Shown piece by piece: positions 16,745-25,332 of a stretch of 45,996 nt of DNA. The stretch is from NCBI GenBank assembly GCA_945862225.1, contig CAMAXG010000003.1:1-45996 (forward strand), given 5' to 3'. The stretch is from Thermoflexus hugenholtzii JAD2 (GTDB taxonomy: Bacteria; Chloroflexota; Limnocylindria; Limnocylindrales; Limnocylindraceae). Position 1 is the stretch's first letter; each line of letters opens with the position of its first letter. The notes beneath the pieces were generated by a model. The model had not been told where the DNA came from and ran no database searches. It saw only the letters and a list, made by a program, of their open reading frames with translations. The position numbers were made by a program, and so were the translations under genes.

Positions 16745-19449
16745 CAGCGCAGCGTCTTCACAGTGCCAAGGTCGATGCGCGGCGATGGCCCGGCCGGGGC
16801 AGACCAGGCGACGAGCGTCACCTTGTAGGTGACCCCTTTGACGAGGCCAGTGATGGTGCACGTAGCGGCAGCCCCTGCGACCTGCGTGACCGCTGTTCCA
16901 GCAAGCGTGCAGGTGCGCGTCGTTCGACCCTTAGCGGTAGCGGTAGCGATCCAGCCAGTTGCAAGGGTGGAATCGGCGGGGAGCGTCCAGTCGACGCGAA
17001 TGGTGCCGCGACCCGCCGTGAGCGTTGCGCCAACAGGGGCGCCAGGCGCCTGGGTCGCCCAGACTCCGATGCAGCGCCCGCCGTTGCCGCCAGGAGCTGC
17101 GCTCCGCACTCGTGTCGCCGCATACACCGTTCCGAATGCGCTCGACGCGAGGGCGTCGGGCTCAATGGCAAGACCAGCGCCGATCGTTGTGTACCGCTGC
17201 GTGATGGGGTCCCATAGTGCGAGATTCGGCGAATTCAACGCGCCGGCATTGGCGAAGTAGCCGCCAACAGCAACGGTGCCGTCGGAGAGTGTGGTCATCG
17301 CCGTAACCCACGCCGTGCGTCGCGGGTAACTGACGCCGCCGCCCAGCGCGACCCAGCCACCAGGAGCGGCGGGTTCAATCATCTGGACCGCTTCGCCATA
17401 CCAGCCAACGCCACGCCCAATGAGTGGATGGCCGAGTGAATCAATGACCATACTCGTCGGAAGGTCAGAGAAGAGTCGAGCGTCACCGATCGCGCTCCAG
17501 TCTTTCGTTGTGGGGTTCCATGTTGACACCAGCCCATCAGTAAACTGACCGGCGGCGTAGACGGTGCCGTCGCCTGCGAGCGCAGCGGTGACAACGTCAG
17601 ATTTCACTCCGGTGCCAAGGGCGAGCCAGCGCTTCCGTGCTGGGTTCCACGTTGCGATGTTTGCCGAGGCGATGCCGCCCGCGCGCGTAAAGCGGCCCCC
17701 GACCAGCAGGTTGCCACTCGCTGCGTCCAGCGAGAGTGTTCTGGCGAAAACCCCTTTGCCGGTGAGGCCTGTGCCGACCTTTGACCAGAGCCCAGTTTTG
17801 AGATTGAGCTGGGCGATCCCAACAGCTGCAACGCGGCGGTTGCCCCGCGTCACGCTGCTGAAGTTGCCAGCGACATAGAGGAGTTTCCGCGAGGCATCAA
17901 CGGCCAACGCGTACACCGAGGCGACGCGCCCGTTAGAGGTCTTCAGACTTGCGAGGGCCTGCCACGCGCCCGTCCGCGGGTCGAGCACCGCAAGCCCCGC
18001 GACGGCACTACCGGCCGCCTTCGTCAGTCCTGTGCCGCCAACGACGAGGCGCCCATCGGGGAGCTCAACCATCGATGTCGTGCCGCCCACCCAACCGGTG
18101 GAAGAGCCGAGAGCGATCCAGCGGGCAGCCAGAGCATCGCTGCTGCTGATCGGTGTGGGATCACCGCAGTAGTCGGCAGGGAGAACCACCGGCGCGTCGG
18201 GTGGCTCCGGGTCGCCGCTGTCGGCAGCGGTGGGGCGCGGTAGGCCACTACCATCAACTGCGGGCTGATCAATCAACTTGAAGAGTTCCATAACAAGATC
18301 GTCGGCGAACGAGTTCCTTGTCGGCGAGCCGTTCGCCACCGCAGCGATGGTGATCCCCAGCGTGGGAATTCGCTTGAGTGAGCTCGTGACGCCAGAGAAT
18401 CCACCATCGTGGCCGTACGTGCGCAGTTCGCCGAGCCAGGTTCGATCCACTTGTGTGCCGTAGTTGTAGAGCCATGATGCCCAGGTTCGATATCCGATTC
18501 CGTTCATCGCGAGCGTTGCCTCACCCTCGGTGAGTCGGTTCCCCCAGAAGAGCTCACCGAATCGTGCAAGGTCGCGTGGCGTGGAGAGCATGTCACCTGC
18601 GCCACGCAAGATCGTGCCGACCGCCTTGCTCGGCCCCCAGCTCGCAAAGCCGTATGGCTTGCCGCTCATGTGTGGCCGCGCCGCGCCAACTTTTGGTCCC
18701 CAGCCTGTCTCAGTCATGTTCATTGGATCAAGGAGCAGCGACTGCACCAGCGACTTCCAGCCAACACCAGTAGCGCGTTCAGCGGCGATTGTGAAGAGAG
18801 TGAAGCCTGAGTTGGAATACGAGAAGTTCCCAACCGTTGTCGGGGAGAGCAGCCCCTGCACGGCCGTCAGTGGCGTCACCTTGGCGTTCTGATTTCTGCT
18901 CAGCCACCCCATTCTGGAGTCCTTGTCGGTCAGCCAGTCGCTCATCCCTGATCGATGCAACAGCAACTGCGCAATGGTGACTTCAGGTTTCACGTCAGCT
19001 TCGGGTACGAGATCAGAGGCGCGTGTGCTAAGTGGCAAGATTCCACAGCGATCAAGGAGCAGCGCCACTGCGGCGGTCATTGCCTTGCTGGTACTCGCGA
19101 TGGTGAATGGCATTGCGGGCGTAACGACACGCTTGCTCTTCGTATCACCAACACCAACGGCAGCGGTGAGGCTGCGGCCATCATCCCAGCGAATGGCGAC
19201 GGAGACGCCGGGGTGGCGGGTTCGACGCGCCTTCTGCCAGGCAACCACTTTGGCGGTGAGGGCCTTTGCAAGAGTGGGGTCAACTGCGCGCGCCGGTGGG
19301 AGCGGGACAGGGCGTGCCGCACAGGTGCGCCAATCCACTGGATCCGTCGCGGCAACCGGCGCCACCGATTGACCCGAGAGGCTGATGGCGACGGTGAGCA
19401 GCGCGACGCAGAGGCGGACGGTGCGGTGCGGCACGGCGGCAGATGGCAT
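16744..19449 (-). CDS. Secreted serine hydrolase (AmpC/PBP-like) fused to beta-propeller repeats and an FN3-like domain
   Basis: Signal peptide; SxxK (ASTSK), YSN and HDG motifs; repeated LYVAGNF/LVGGRF/VGGYF ... W..LG.G blades; C-terminal FN3-like domain (GLVKGVTYKVTLVA). Confidence 0.8.
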   Translation of the reverse strand: MPSAAVPHRTVRLCVALLTVAISLSGQSVAPVAATDPVDWRTCAARPVPLPPARAVDPTLAKALTAKVVAWQKARRTRHPGVSVAIRWDDGRSLTAAVGVGDTKSKRVVTPAMPFTIASTSKAMTAAVALLLDRCGILPLSTRASDLVPEADVKPEVTIAQLLLHRSGMSDWLTDKDSRMGWLSRNQNAKVTPLTAVQGLLSPTTVGNFSYSNSGFTLFTIAAERATGVGWKSLVQSLLLDPMNMTETGWGPKVGAARPHMSGKPYGFASWGPSKAVGTILRGAGDMLSTPRDLARFGELFWGNRLTEGEATLAMNGIGYRTWASWLYNYGTQVDRTWLGELRTYGHDGGFSGVTSSLKRIPTLGITIAAVANGSPTRNSFADDLVMELFKLIDQPAVDGSGLPRPTAADSGDPEPPDAPVVLPADYCGDPTPISSSDALAARWIALGSSTGWVGGTTSMVELPDGRLVVGGTGLTKAAGSAVAGLAVLDPRTGAWQALASLKTSNGRVASVYALAVDASRKLLYVAGNFSSVTRGNRRVAAVGIAQLNLKTGLWSKVGTGLTGKGVFARTLSLDAASGNLLVGGRFTRAGGIASANIATWNPARKRWLALGTGVKSDVVTAALAGDGTVYAAGQFTDGLVSTWNPTTKDWSAIGDARLFSDLPTSMVIDSLGHPLIGRGVGWYGEAVQMIEPAAPGGWVALGGGVSYPRRTAWVTAMTTLSDGTVAVGGYFANAGALNSPNLALWDPITQRYTTIGAGLAIEPDALASSAFGTVYAATRVRSAAPGGNGGRCIGVWATQAPGAPVGATLTAGRGTIRVDWTLPADSTLATGWIATATAKGRTTRTCTLAGTAVTQVAGAAATCTITGLVKGVTYKVTLVAWSAPAGPSPRIDLGTVKTLR

Positions 19450-19531
19450 GCAGCGATTCTACCGCTCTACGCTCCGAGGGAGCCGTACAATCGGCGGAGC
19501 GAGCCGTGTGGCGCGCACGAGCTAGGAGGGC

Positions 19532-19579
19532 ATGGAGATAGTCTCTGGTTCGCGACAATTCACACCTCAGTACGCATGA
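19532..19579 (+). CDS. Putative 15 aa uORF (MEIVSGSRQFTPQYA) coupled to the P450
   Basis: TACAAT at 19486-19491 and AGGAGG just upstream (short spacing); its TGA overlaps the P450 ATG (ATGA). Confidence 0.3.
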   Translation: MEIVSGSRQFTPQYA

Positions 19580-20631
19580 GCGGCCCGACACGGATTGAAC
19601 GCCTACCGCGCATCACTGGCTACGACGCCGTCCGAGCGGCAGGAAGAAACTTTGAACGATTTTCGTCGCTCCACCAAGGCGACGAAGATGTACGCGACTA
19701 TCGACAGCTGCCGCTGGAGGCGGACCCGCCGCTGCACTCTGCGCTGCGCGCGTTTCTTGTTCCCTTCTTCTCTAAGGGATCACTCGCGCCACACCAGCAC
19801 CACATTGACGCGGATGCGCGTGCGCTAATCGCTCCGCTGGCGCACAGTGATCTTGAACTGGTTCGCGGGGTTGGCCTCCCACTTGTGGTGCGCACCATCG
19901 CGCGGCTCCTCGACCGCGAAGGCGACATCGAAGAGTGGGCTTCATGGGGTCCGTCGGTGTGGGGTGATCACGATGGGCGACGCGACGGCACGGCGTTGCT
20001 CGGATTCTTGGAGCGTGCCGTTGATGAGGGGGCTGCGGGGCGCGGTGGGCGCCTCTTTAACCTCCTTGCGGCCACACCGATCAACGGTATGGTGCTGAGC
20101 CGTGAGGAGCAGATCGGTGTTGGTAGCCTCCTCCTCGCCGGGGGACGAGATACGGTCATGAACCTGATCTCCGGAATCGCCTGGATGCTCGCGATGCACC
20201 CAGCCCATGCCGACGCCGTGCGAGGCGATGCAGCACTACGGGCAACGTTCATTGAAGAGACGTTGCGGCTTACCACCCCGCTTGGCCTCATGGAGCGCAT
20301 TGATCGCGGTGATGCTGCTGGTAACCCCGCGACTTCGCCACACGTCGGGCTCGACTTTGCCTCAGCCAATCACGATCCCGCCACCTTCACCTGCCCCGCC
20401 GAACTGCGCCTCGACCGCCCCGCAAGCACGCCGCATGTGGCGTTCGGGATTGGTCCTCATGCCTGCGTTGGGGCGCCTCTCGCGCGCATGGAGGCGCATG
20501 CCGTACTTGGCGCACTCTTGGACGCGGCGCCAAACGGATGGCAGATCGTTCACTGCGAAGCACAGTACCGAACAGTTGACGGGAGAGAGGTTCCCGCAAG
20601 CTTCCAGCGCCTGGTGATCGCTGCTCGCTAG
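19576..20631 (+). CDS. Cytochrome P450 (compact, about 351 aa)
   Basis: DPPLHSALR, I-helix AGGRDT, ExxR (EETLR) and heme motif FGIGPHACVG. Confidence 0.9.
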   Translation: MSGPTRIERLPRITGYDAVRAAGRNFERFSSLHQGDEDVRDYRQLPLEADPPLHSALRAFLVPFFSKGSLAPHQHHIDADARALIAPLAHSDLELVRGVGLPLVVRTIARLLDREGDIEEWASWGPSVWGDHDGRRDGTALLGFLERAVDEGAAGRGGRLFNLLAATPINGMVLSREEQIGVGSLLLAGGRDTVMNLISGIAWMLAMHPAHADAVRGDAALRATFIEETLRLTTPLGLMERIDRGDAAGNPATSPHVGLDFASANHDPATFTCPAELRLDRPASTPHVAFGIGPHACVGAPLARMEAHAVLGALLDAAPNGWQIVHCEAQYRTVDGREVPASFQRLVIAAR

Positions 20632-20640
20632 CTCAGGCAG

Positions 20641-22503
20641 CTACGCGTGCAGCCCGAACTGCACCGCGGCGAGTTCAGCGTAGAGGCCGCCGTTGGCGCG
20701 CAGTTCTTCATGTCGACCGCGCTCCACGATGGTGCCGTGATCCAAGACGATGATCTGATCTGCCGAAGCAACGGTGCTCAGCCGGTGCGCCACGGCGATG
20801 GTGGTGCGGCCCGCCATGGCGCGCTCGAGCGCCTGCTGCACATGGCGCTCCGAGACCGAGTCGAGTGCCGAGGTCGCCTCGTCGAGCAAGAGGATTGGTG
20901 GGTCCTTCAAGAGCACGCGGGCGATGGCAAGGCGCTGACGCTCACCACCAGAGAGCTTGTAGCCGCGCTCCCCTACGACGGTATCGAGCCCCTGCGGCAA
21001 CTCCTTGATGCGCTCTTCCAGCGATGCTCCCGCAAGTGCCGCGAGGATCTGTGTGTCGCTTGCCTCTGGTCGGGCATAGAGCAGGTTGTCGCGGATGCTC
21101 GCATGCAGCAGGTGCGTCTCTTGGGTCACGACGCCGATCATCTCGCCGAGCGATCGCAACTTGATCCCGCGCACATCCACACCATCAACCTGCACCGATC
21201 CGGCGCTCGCATCCCAGAAGCGTGGAATCAAACTCAAGATCGTGCTCTTCCCTGAGCCTGATGGGCCAACGAGCGCGGTGAGGCTCCCTGATTCGGCGGT
21301 GAACGAGATGTTTGTGAGACCGAAGGAATCACGCCTCTGTCGACCCTGGCCCTCGGGTGGCTGCGGATAGCGGAAGCCGACATCGCGCACAGAGACCTGC
21401 CCGCGAACTCCAGCGCGCGTCAGTGTTACCGCGTTCGGCGCGTCCACAATTTCTGGAACAAGGTCGAGGTAGGCAAAGATGCGCTCAAAGAGCGCGAGGC
21501 TTCCACCGATCTCGACCTGCAGACCGAGCAGTGAGGCGAGTGGGAAGAAGAGGCGGCTCTGCAGTGTGGTGAAGGCGACGATGTCACCAATGGTTGGCGC
21601 ATCTGGCGCGCCAGCGACAGAGAGTGAACCAGCGACGAAGTAGACCAGCGCCGGAATGCCGCTGAATACGACTTGCACCACCACGCCGACCCAGCGACCA
21701 GTGAGCGCTTGCCGCAACTGCAGTGTGGCGAGCTCACCGGAGCGATGCGTGAATCGCTCAGCACCAGCCTCAGAGCGACCGAACGACTTGGCAAGAAGTG
21801 CGCCGCCCACGGAGAGGTGCTCTTCAGCAATAGAGGTCAGGTCGGCAAGCGCCGTCTGCACCTCACCACTCGCCTTGCGGCGGGCCGCTGAGGCCTTTGA
21901 GCTTAAGAAGAGGAAGAGCGGCGCAACGGCAACGCTCACCGCTGTGAGGCGCCAGTCGATGATTGTCATCGCCACCAACGTTGAGACGACGATGGCAATG
22001 CTTGATGCCAAGTTCGCGGCGGCGTCACTGACGACTGACTGCACGCCAGAGACATCGTTGGTGAGGCGGCTCTGAATCTCGCCGGTGCGTGTCTCTGAGA
22101 AGAAGCGGATCGGCATCGACTGCACATGGGTGAAGAGGGCGTTGCGCAGGTCGCGCATCACGAACTGGCCAACCGAGGCGGTAAGCCACGCCTGGGCGAG
22201 TCCAATGCCACCGTTGACGATCGGCACCACCACCATCAGCCCGGCGTAGAGGGCCAGCAGGCCAAGATCGCGCTGCGGAATCGCCTCGTCGATGAGGAGC
22301 TTTAGTAGATACGGGTTGGCGAGCCCCAAGATGCTCGACCCAAGGATGGCGAGCCCAATGACGCTCAGTCGCCCTCGATATGGCCCAAAGAACTTGGCCG
22401 CTCGTCGTAGTAGCGGCAGCGCCGCCCCGGCCGGCTTCGTTGGGCCGGTGTCATCGCCGCCGAACATGTGGCCACCACGACCTGAACCCATGCCGCCGCT
22501 CAT
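20641..22503 (-). CDS. ABC exporter, fused permease/ATPase half-transporter (MsbA/Sav1866-like)
   Basis: TM domain followed by GPSGSGKS, LSGGERQR and LLLDEATSALD. Confidence 0.92.
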   Translation of the reverse strand: MSGGMGSGRGGHMFGGDDTGPTKPAGAALPLLRRAAKFFGPYRGRLSVIGLAILGSSILGLANPYLLKLLIDEAIPQRDLGLLALYAGLMVVVPIVNGGIGLAQAWLTASVGQFVMRDLRNALFTHVQSMPIRFFSETRTGEIQSRLTNDVSGVQSVVSDAAANLASSIAIVVSTLVAMTIIDWRLTAVSVAVAPLFLFLSSKASAARRKASGEVQTALADLTSIAEEHLSVGGALLAKSFGRSEAGAERFTHRSGELATLQLRQALTGRWVGVVVQVVFSGIPALVYFVAGSLSVAGAPDAPTIGDIVAFTTLQSRLFFPLASLLGLQVEIGGSLALFERIFAYLDLVPEIVDAPNAVTLTRAGVRGQVSVRDVGFRYPQPPEGQGRQRRDSFGLTNISFTAESGSLTALVGPSGSGKSTILSLIPRFWDASAGSVQVDGVDVRGIKLRSLGEMIGVVTQETHLLHASIRDNLLYARPEASDTQILAALAGASLEERIKELPQGLDTVVGERGYKLSGGERQRLAIARVLLKDPPILLLDEATSALDSVSERHVQQALERAMAGRTTIAVAHRLSTVASADQIIVLDHGTIVERGRHEELRANGGLYAELAAVQFGLHA

Positions 22504-22556
22504 GCGGGCACGGCGAAGAGGGCGAGGGCGTTACGCGTCGGTAGGCGATTGGGCAT
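22500..22556 (-). CDS. Putative leaderless 18 aa uORF (MPNRLPTRNALALFAVPA) coupled to the ABC exporter
   Basis: TAGAAT 6 nt before the ATG at 22556; its TGA overlaps the exporter ATG (ATGA); the exporter has no SD. Confidence 0.45.
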   Translation of the reverse strand: MPNRLPTRNALALFAVPA

Positions 22557-22580
22557 GGCGGGATTCTATCCCGCCGAGCG

Positions 22581-23471
22581 TTAGATCCCTGAACCCTCGG
22601 CAGCGAGCTCGTCGGTGCGCACGCGTGCCTGCGAAAGTTGGCTCCCAGCAGGAACGCTCTTCGTCAGCCATACGTTGCCGCCGATCGTTGAACCGCGTCC
22701 AACGGTGATGCGACCCAGGACCGTCGCCCCGGAGTAGATCACCACGTCGTCTTCGATGATCGGGTGCCGAGGCTGGCCCTTTACGAGGTTGCCGTCTTCA
22801 CCCTTCGGGAAGCTCTTGGAGCCAAGGGTGACGCCTTGATACAGGCGCACGCCACTCCCGATGATCGCCGTCTCGCCGATCACCACGCCGGTGCCATGGT
22901 CAATAAAGAAGCGCTCGCCAATCGTTGCGCCGGGGTGAATGTCGATTCCCGTTGCGGAGTGCGCCGCCTCCGATGCGATGCGCGGCAGGAGCGGCACGCT
23001 CAACGTATAGAGAAGGTGGGCCATGCGGTGGTCAATCATGGCGCGCACGCCAGGGTAGCCATGCAGGATCTCTGAACGGCTGCGTGCTGCTGGGTCTCCC
23101 GCAAACGCTGCGGCGATATCGCCTTCAATCAGCGTGCGAATCGCGGGGAGCTCGGCCGCGAATGCGCTCGTGACGCGATCGACCTGATCAGGGGCGAGCC
23201 CTTCGCCTGGTCGCTCAGCAGCAAAGAGCACCGTGCATCGTCGGATCTGCTCGCGCAGGCCGGCGAGCGCCGCGGTGAGATGCGCGGCTACTGCCGCATC
23301 GCCATCGGCGGCGACGCCGAGCTCGCGTGGGAAGAGTGCCGCACGCAACTCGGCCAACACGCGTGTGATCTCGCCACGCGATGGGCGGTCGCCCGCCGCC
23401 ACCGCGCCGCCCGCGAGGGCAGCGTCGGCAGCGGTGAGTGCACGACTAAGTTCGTTCACCTCAGAACTCAC
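22581..23471 (-). CDS. cysE: Serine O-acetyltransferase (EpsC-type CysE)
   Basis: [34 protein letters not shown] and RHP; GTGA overlap with cysK. Confidence 0.93.
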   Translation of the reverse strand: MSSEVNELSRALTAADAALAGGAVAAGDRPSRGEITRVLAELRAALFPRELGVAADGDAAVAAHLTAALAGLREQIRRCTVLFAAERPGEGLAPDQVDRVTSAFAAELPAIRTLIEGDIAAAFAGDPAARSRSEILHGYPGVRAMIDHRMAHLLYTLSVPLLPRIASEAAHSATGIDIHPGATIGERFFIDHGTGVVIGETAIIGSGVRLYQGVTLGSKSFPKGEDGNLVKGQPRHPIIEDDVVIYSGATVLGRITVGRGSTIGGNVWLTKSVPAGSQLSQARVRTDELAAEGSGI

Positions 23472-24457
23472 AGGGCGATGCCGCTGGCATCAAAGAGCCC
23501 CTCGTAGAGCGCGGTGCTCAAGTAGCGCTCGCCCGAATCTGGCAGTACCACCACGATGGTCTTCCCCGCGTTCTCTGGCAGGTGCGCCAACTTCAGCGCA
23601 ACGTGTGCGGCAGCGCCGCATGAGATGCCAACGAGGATCCCCTCTTCGCGAGCGATGCGACGCGCCATGGCGATCGCCTCTTCGTTCGTCACTGACTCAA
23701 CCTGATCAATCAGCGAGATATCAAGAATGTCAGGAACGAATCCTGGCCCGATCCCTTGAATCTTGTGCGGCGCAGGCTGATTTGGCTGGCCAGCAATGCG
23801 CTGCGCAATGACTGGGCTGGTGGCAGGCTCAACGGCAACGATGTGTACCGCCTTACCACGACCCTTCTTGAAGTAGCGAGCGACGCCGGTAATGGTGCCG
23901 CCGGTGCCACTCCCTGCAACGAAGATGTCGACCTTCCCGTCGGTGTCTGCCCAGATCTCTGGACCGGTGGTTGACTCATGAATGGCCGGGCCGGCTGGGT
24001 TTTTGAACTGCTGCAGCAGCACGTAGCGTGCAGGATCTGATGCGGCAATCTCTTCCGCCTTCGCGATCGCGCCGGGCATTCCCTTTGCGCCCTCGGTAAG
24101 CACCAGCGTTGCGCCGTAGGCAACGATGAGCTTGCGTCGCTCAATGCTGACGGTGTCGGGCATGGTGAGGGTGACCTTGTAGCCGCGTGCCGCACCAACC
24201 ATCGCCAAGGCAATGCCGGTGTTGCCGCTCGTTGGCTCAACGATCTCTACGCCTGGCTTCAGTACGCCGCGCTTCTCGGCGTCGAGCACCATGGCGGTGC
24301 CAAGTCGGCACTTCACGGAGTAGGCAGGATTGCGCCCCTCAACCTTGGCAAGCACCGTTGCGGCGGCGCCGTCGGTGACGCGGTTCAGGCGCACGAGTGG
24401 CGTACCGCCAATGGTGATCGCGTTGTCGGAGAAGATCTCTGGGTTCTGAACGCTCAT
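23468..24457 (-). CDS. cysK: Cysteine synthase A (O-acetylserine sulfhydrylase)
   Basis: PLP lysine in [31 protein letters not shown] and [10 protein letters not shown]. Confidence 0.95.
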   Translation of the reverse strand: MSVQNPEIFSDNAITIGGTPLVRLNRVTDGAAATVLAKVEGRNPAYSVKCRLGTAMVLDAEKRGVLKPGVEIVEPTSGNTGIALAMVGAARGYKVTLTMPDTVSIERRKLIVAYGATLVLTEGAKGMPGAIAKAEEIAASDPARYVLLQQFKNPAGPAIHESTTGPEIWADTDGKVDIFVAGSGTGGTITGVARYFKKGRGKAVHIVAVEPATSPVIAQRIAGQPNQPAPHKIQGIGPGFVPDILDISLIDQVESVTNEEAIAMARRIAREEGILVGISCGAAAHVALKLAHLPENAGKTIVVVLPDSGERYLSTALYEGLFDASGIAL

Positions 24458-24538
24458 GTCGGGTACCTCCAGCTACATGGTGGGTGGTGGACTACATCCG
24501 CCGCCCCCTCTGCCGTTTGGTCCCTGGTTGCGATCGCC

Positions 24539-24631
24539 TCAGCGCGCGCAGGACGGCCCGAAGGAGAGCGACGGGCATCGACAGATGCTCGGCTCGCCAG
24601 CGGCTTGGGCAATGAGGTCAGCTGCGGTCAT
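24539..24631 (-). CDS. Putative leaderless Cys-containing leader peptide (MTAADLIAQAAGEPSICRCPSLSFGPSCAR)
   Basis: TACGAT (24643-24638) plus 6 nt plus ATG; 3 Cys codons in the C-terminal half; ends 81 nt before cysK. Confidence 0.65.
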   Translation of the reverse strand: MTAADLIAQAAGEPSICRCPSLSFGPSCAR

Positions 24632-24685
24632 ATGGATATCGTATCGCCTACGCGTGGAGGTCGTTACTGCAACGTCTCGCAACCG

Positions 24686-25270
24686 CTAGATGCGGCGCGT
24701 GACCCCATCAATGAAGCTAAGGAGGCTCCCCTTGCGAAGGGTGGGGGTGATCCAGAGGCGCCAAAGCGCGGCAACAACCTTCAGTGCGAGGTAGATCGCA
24801 AGTGCCCCGGCCGCTCGGGCCATGATGTCGTGCACGTCGATCCGATACGGCGGTACTGGGCTCGAGAAGTAGTTAGAGAAGCCCTGGCTGATCTCGAGGC
24901 CCACCGCAATGATGCCGATGACCGCAAACGCTGCGCGTCGGGCATCGCCATAGAGGGCAAGGGTTGCGAGCAAGAATGTTGATGCGCCCATGCTGACCTG
25001 CACCAGCAGCCACTGCGTTTGCAGAAGGGCAGGGTCAAAGTCCATAAATGGAATCAGGCGGATCACATCGCTGCCGAGCGGAGCACGCGACCAATCAGAG
25101 TTGGGAAATCCGAACGGTGCCCAAACGTAGGCGACGAGGGCGGCAAACGCGATGGCACTCACCATCGTTCCGCGGGATTGATGGATGCGCTGCGACCGCT
25201 GCACAAACAGCACAACAAGGAAGCTAACCAGCCCCCCGATGATGCCCGTCCAGTCCCACTGCGCCAGCAT
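24686..25270 (-). CDS. Membrane protein, VanZ-like
   Basis: IRLIPF, GLEISQ and RIDVHDIMAR resemble the VanZ pattern; about 5 TM; TAAAAT 7 nt before the ATG. Confidence 0.6.
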   Translation of the reverse strand: MLAQWDWTGIIGGLVSFLVVLFVQRSQRIHQSRGTMVSAIAFAALVAYVWAPFGFPNSDWSRAPLGSDVIRLIPFMDFDPALLQTQWLLVQVSMGASTFLLATLALYGDARRAAFAVIGIIAVGLEISQGFSNYFSSPVPPYRIDVHDIMARAAGALAIYLALKVVAALWRLWITPTLRKGSLLSFIDGVTRRI

Positions 25271-25332
25271 GTCTGGGATTTTACCGAACGGGCTCCGTTT
25301 CCGCCAACCCCCTCAGGCGATACGATGCACGC

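Noticed and set aside
16744-19449. Serine hydrolase as a true beta-lactamase
   Set aside because: SxxK/YxN/HxG motifs are shared by many esterases and D-peptidases; resistance cannot be inferred from them.
18955-19575. Long N-terminal extensions in the ORF track (P450 from 18955, isochorismatase from 28607, GT4 from 8775, M15 from 43201)
   Set aside because: They overlap real opposite-strand genes and are GC-rich open-frame artefacts; the family motifs begin at the downstream starts used here.
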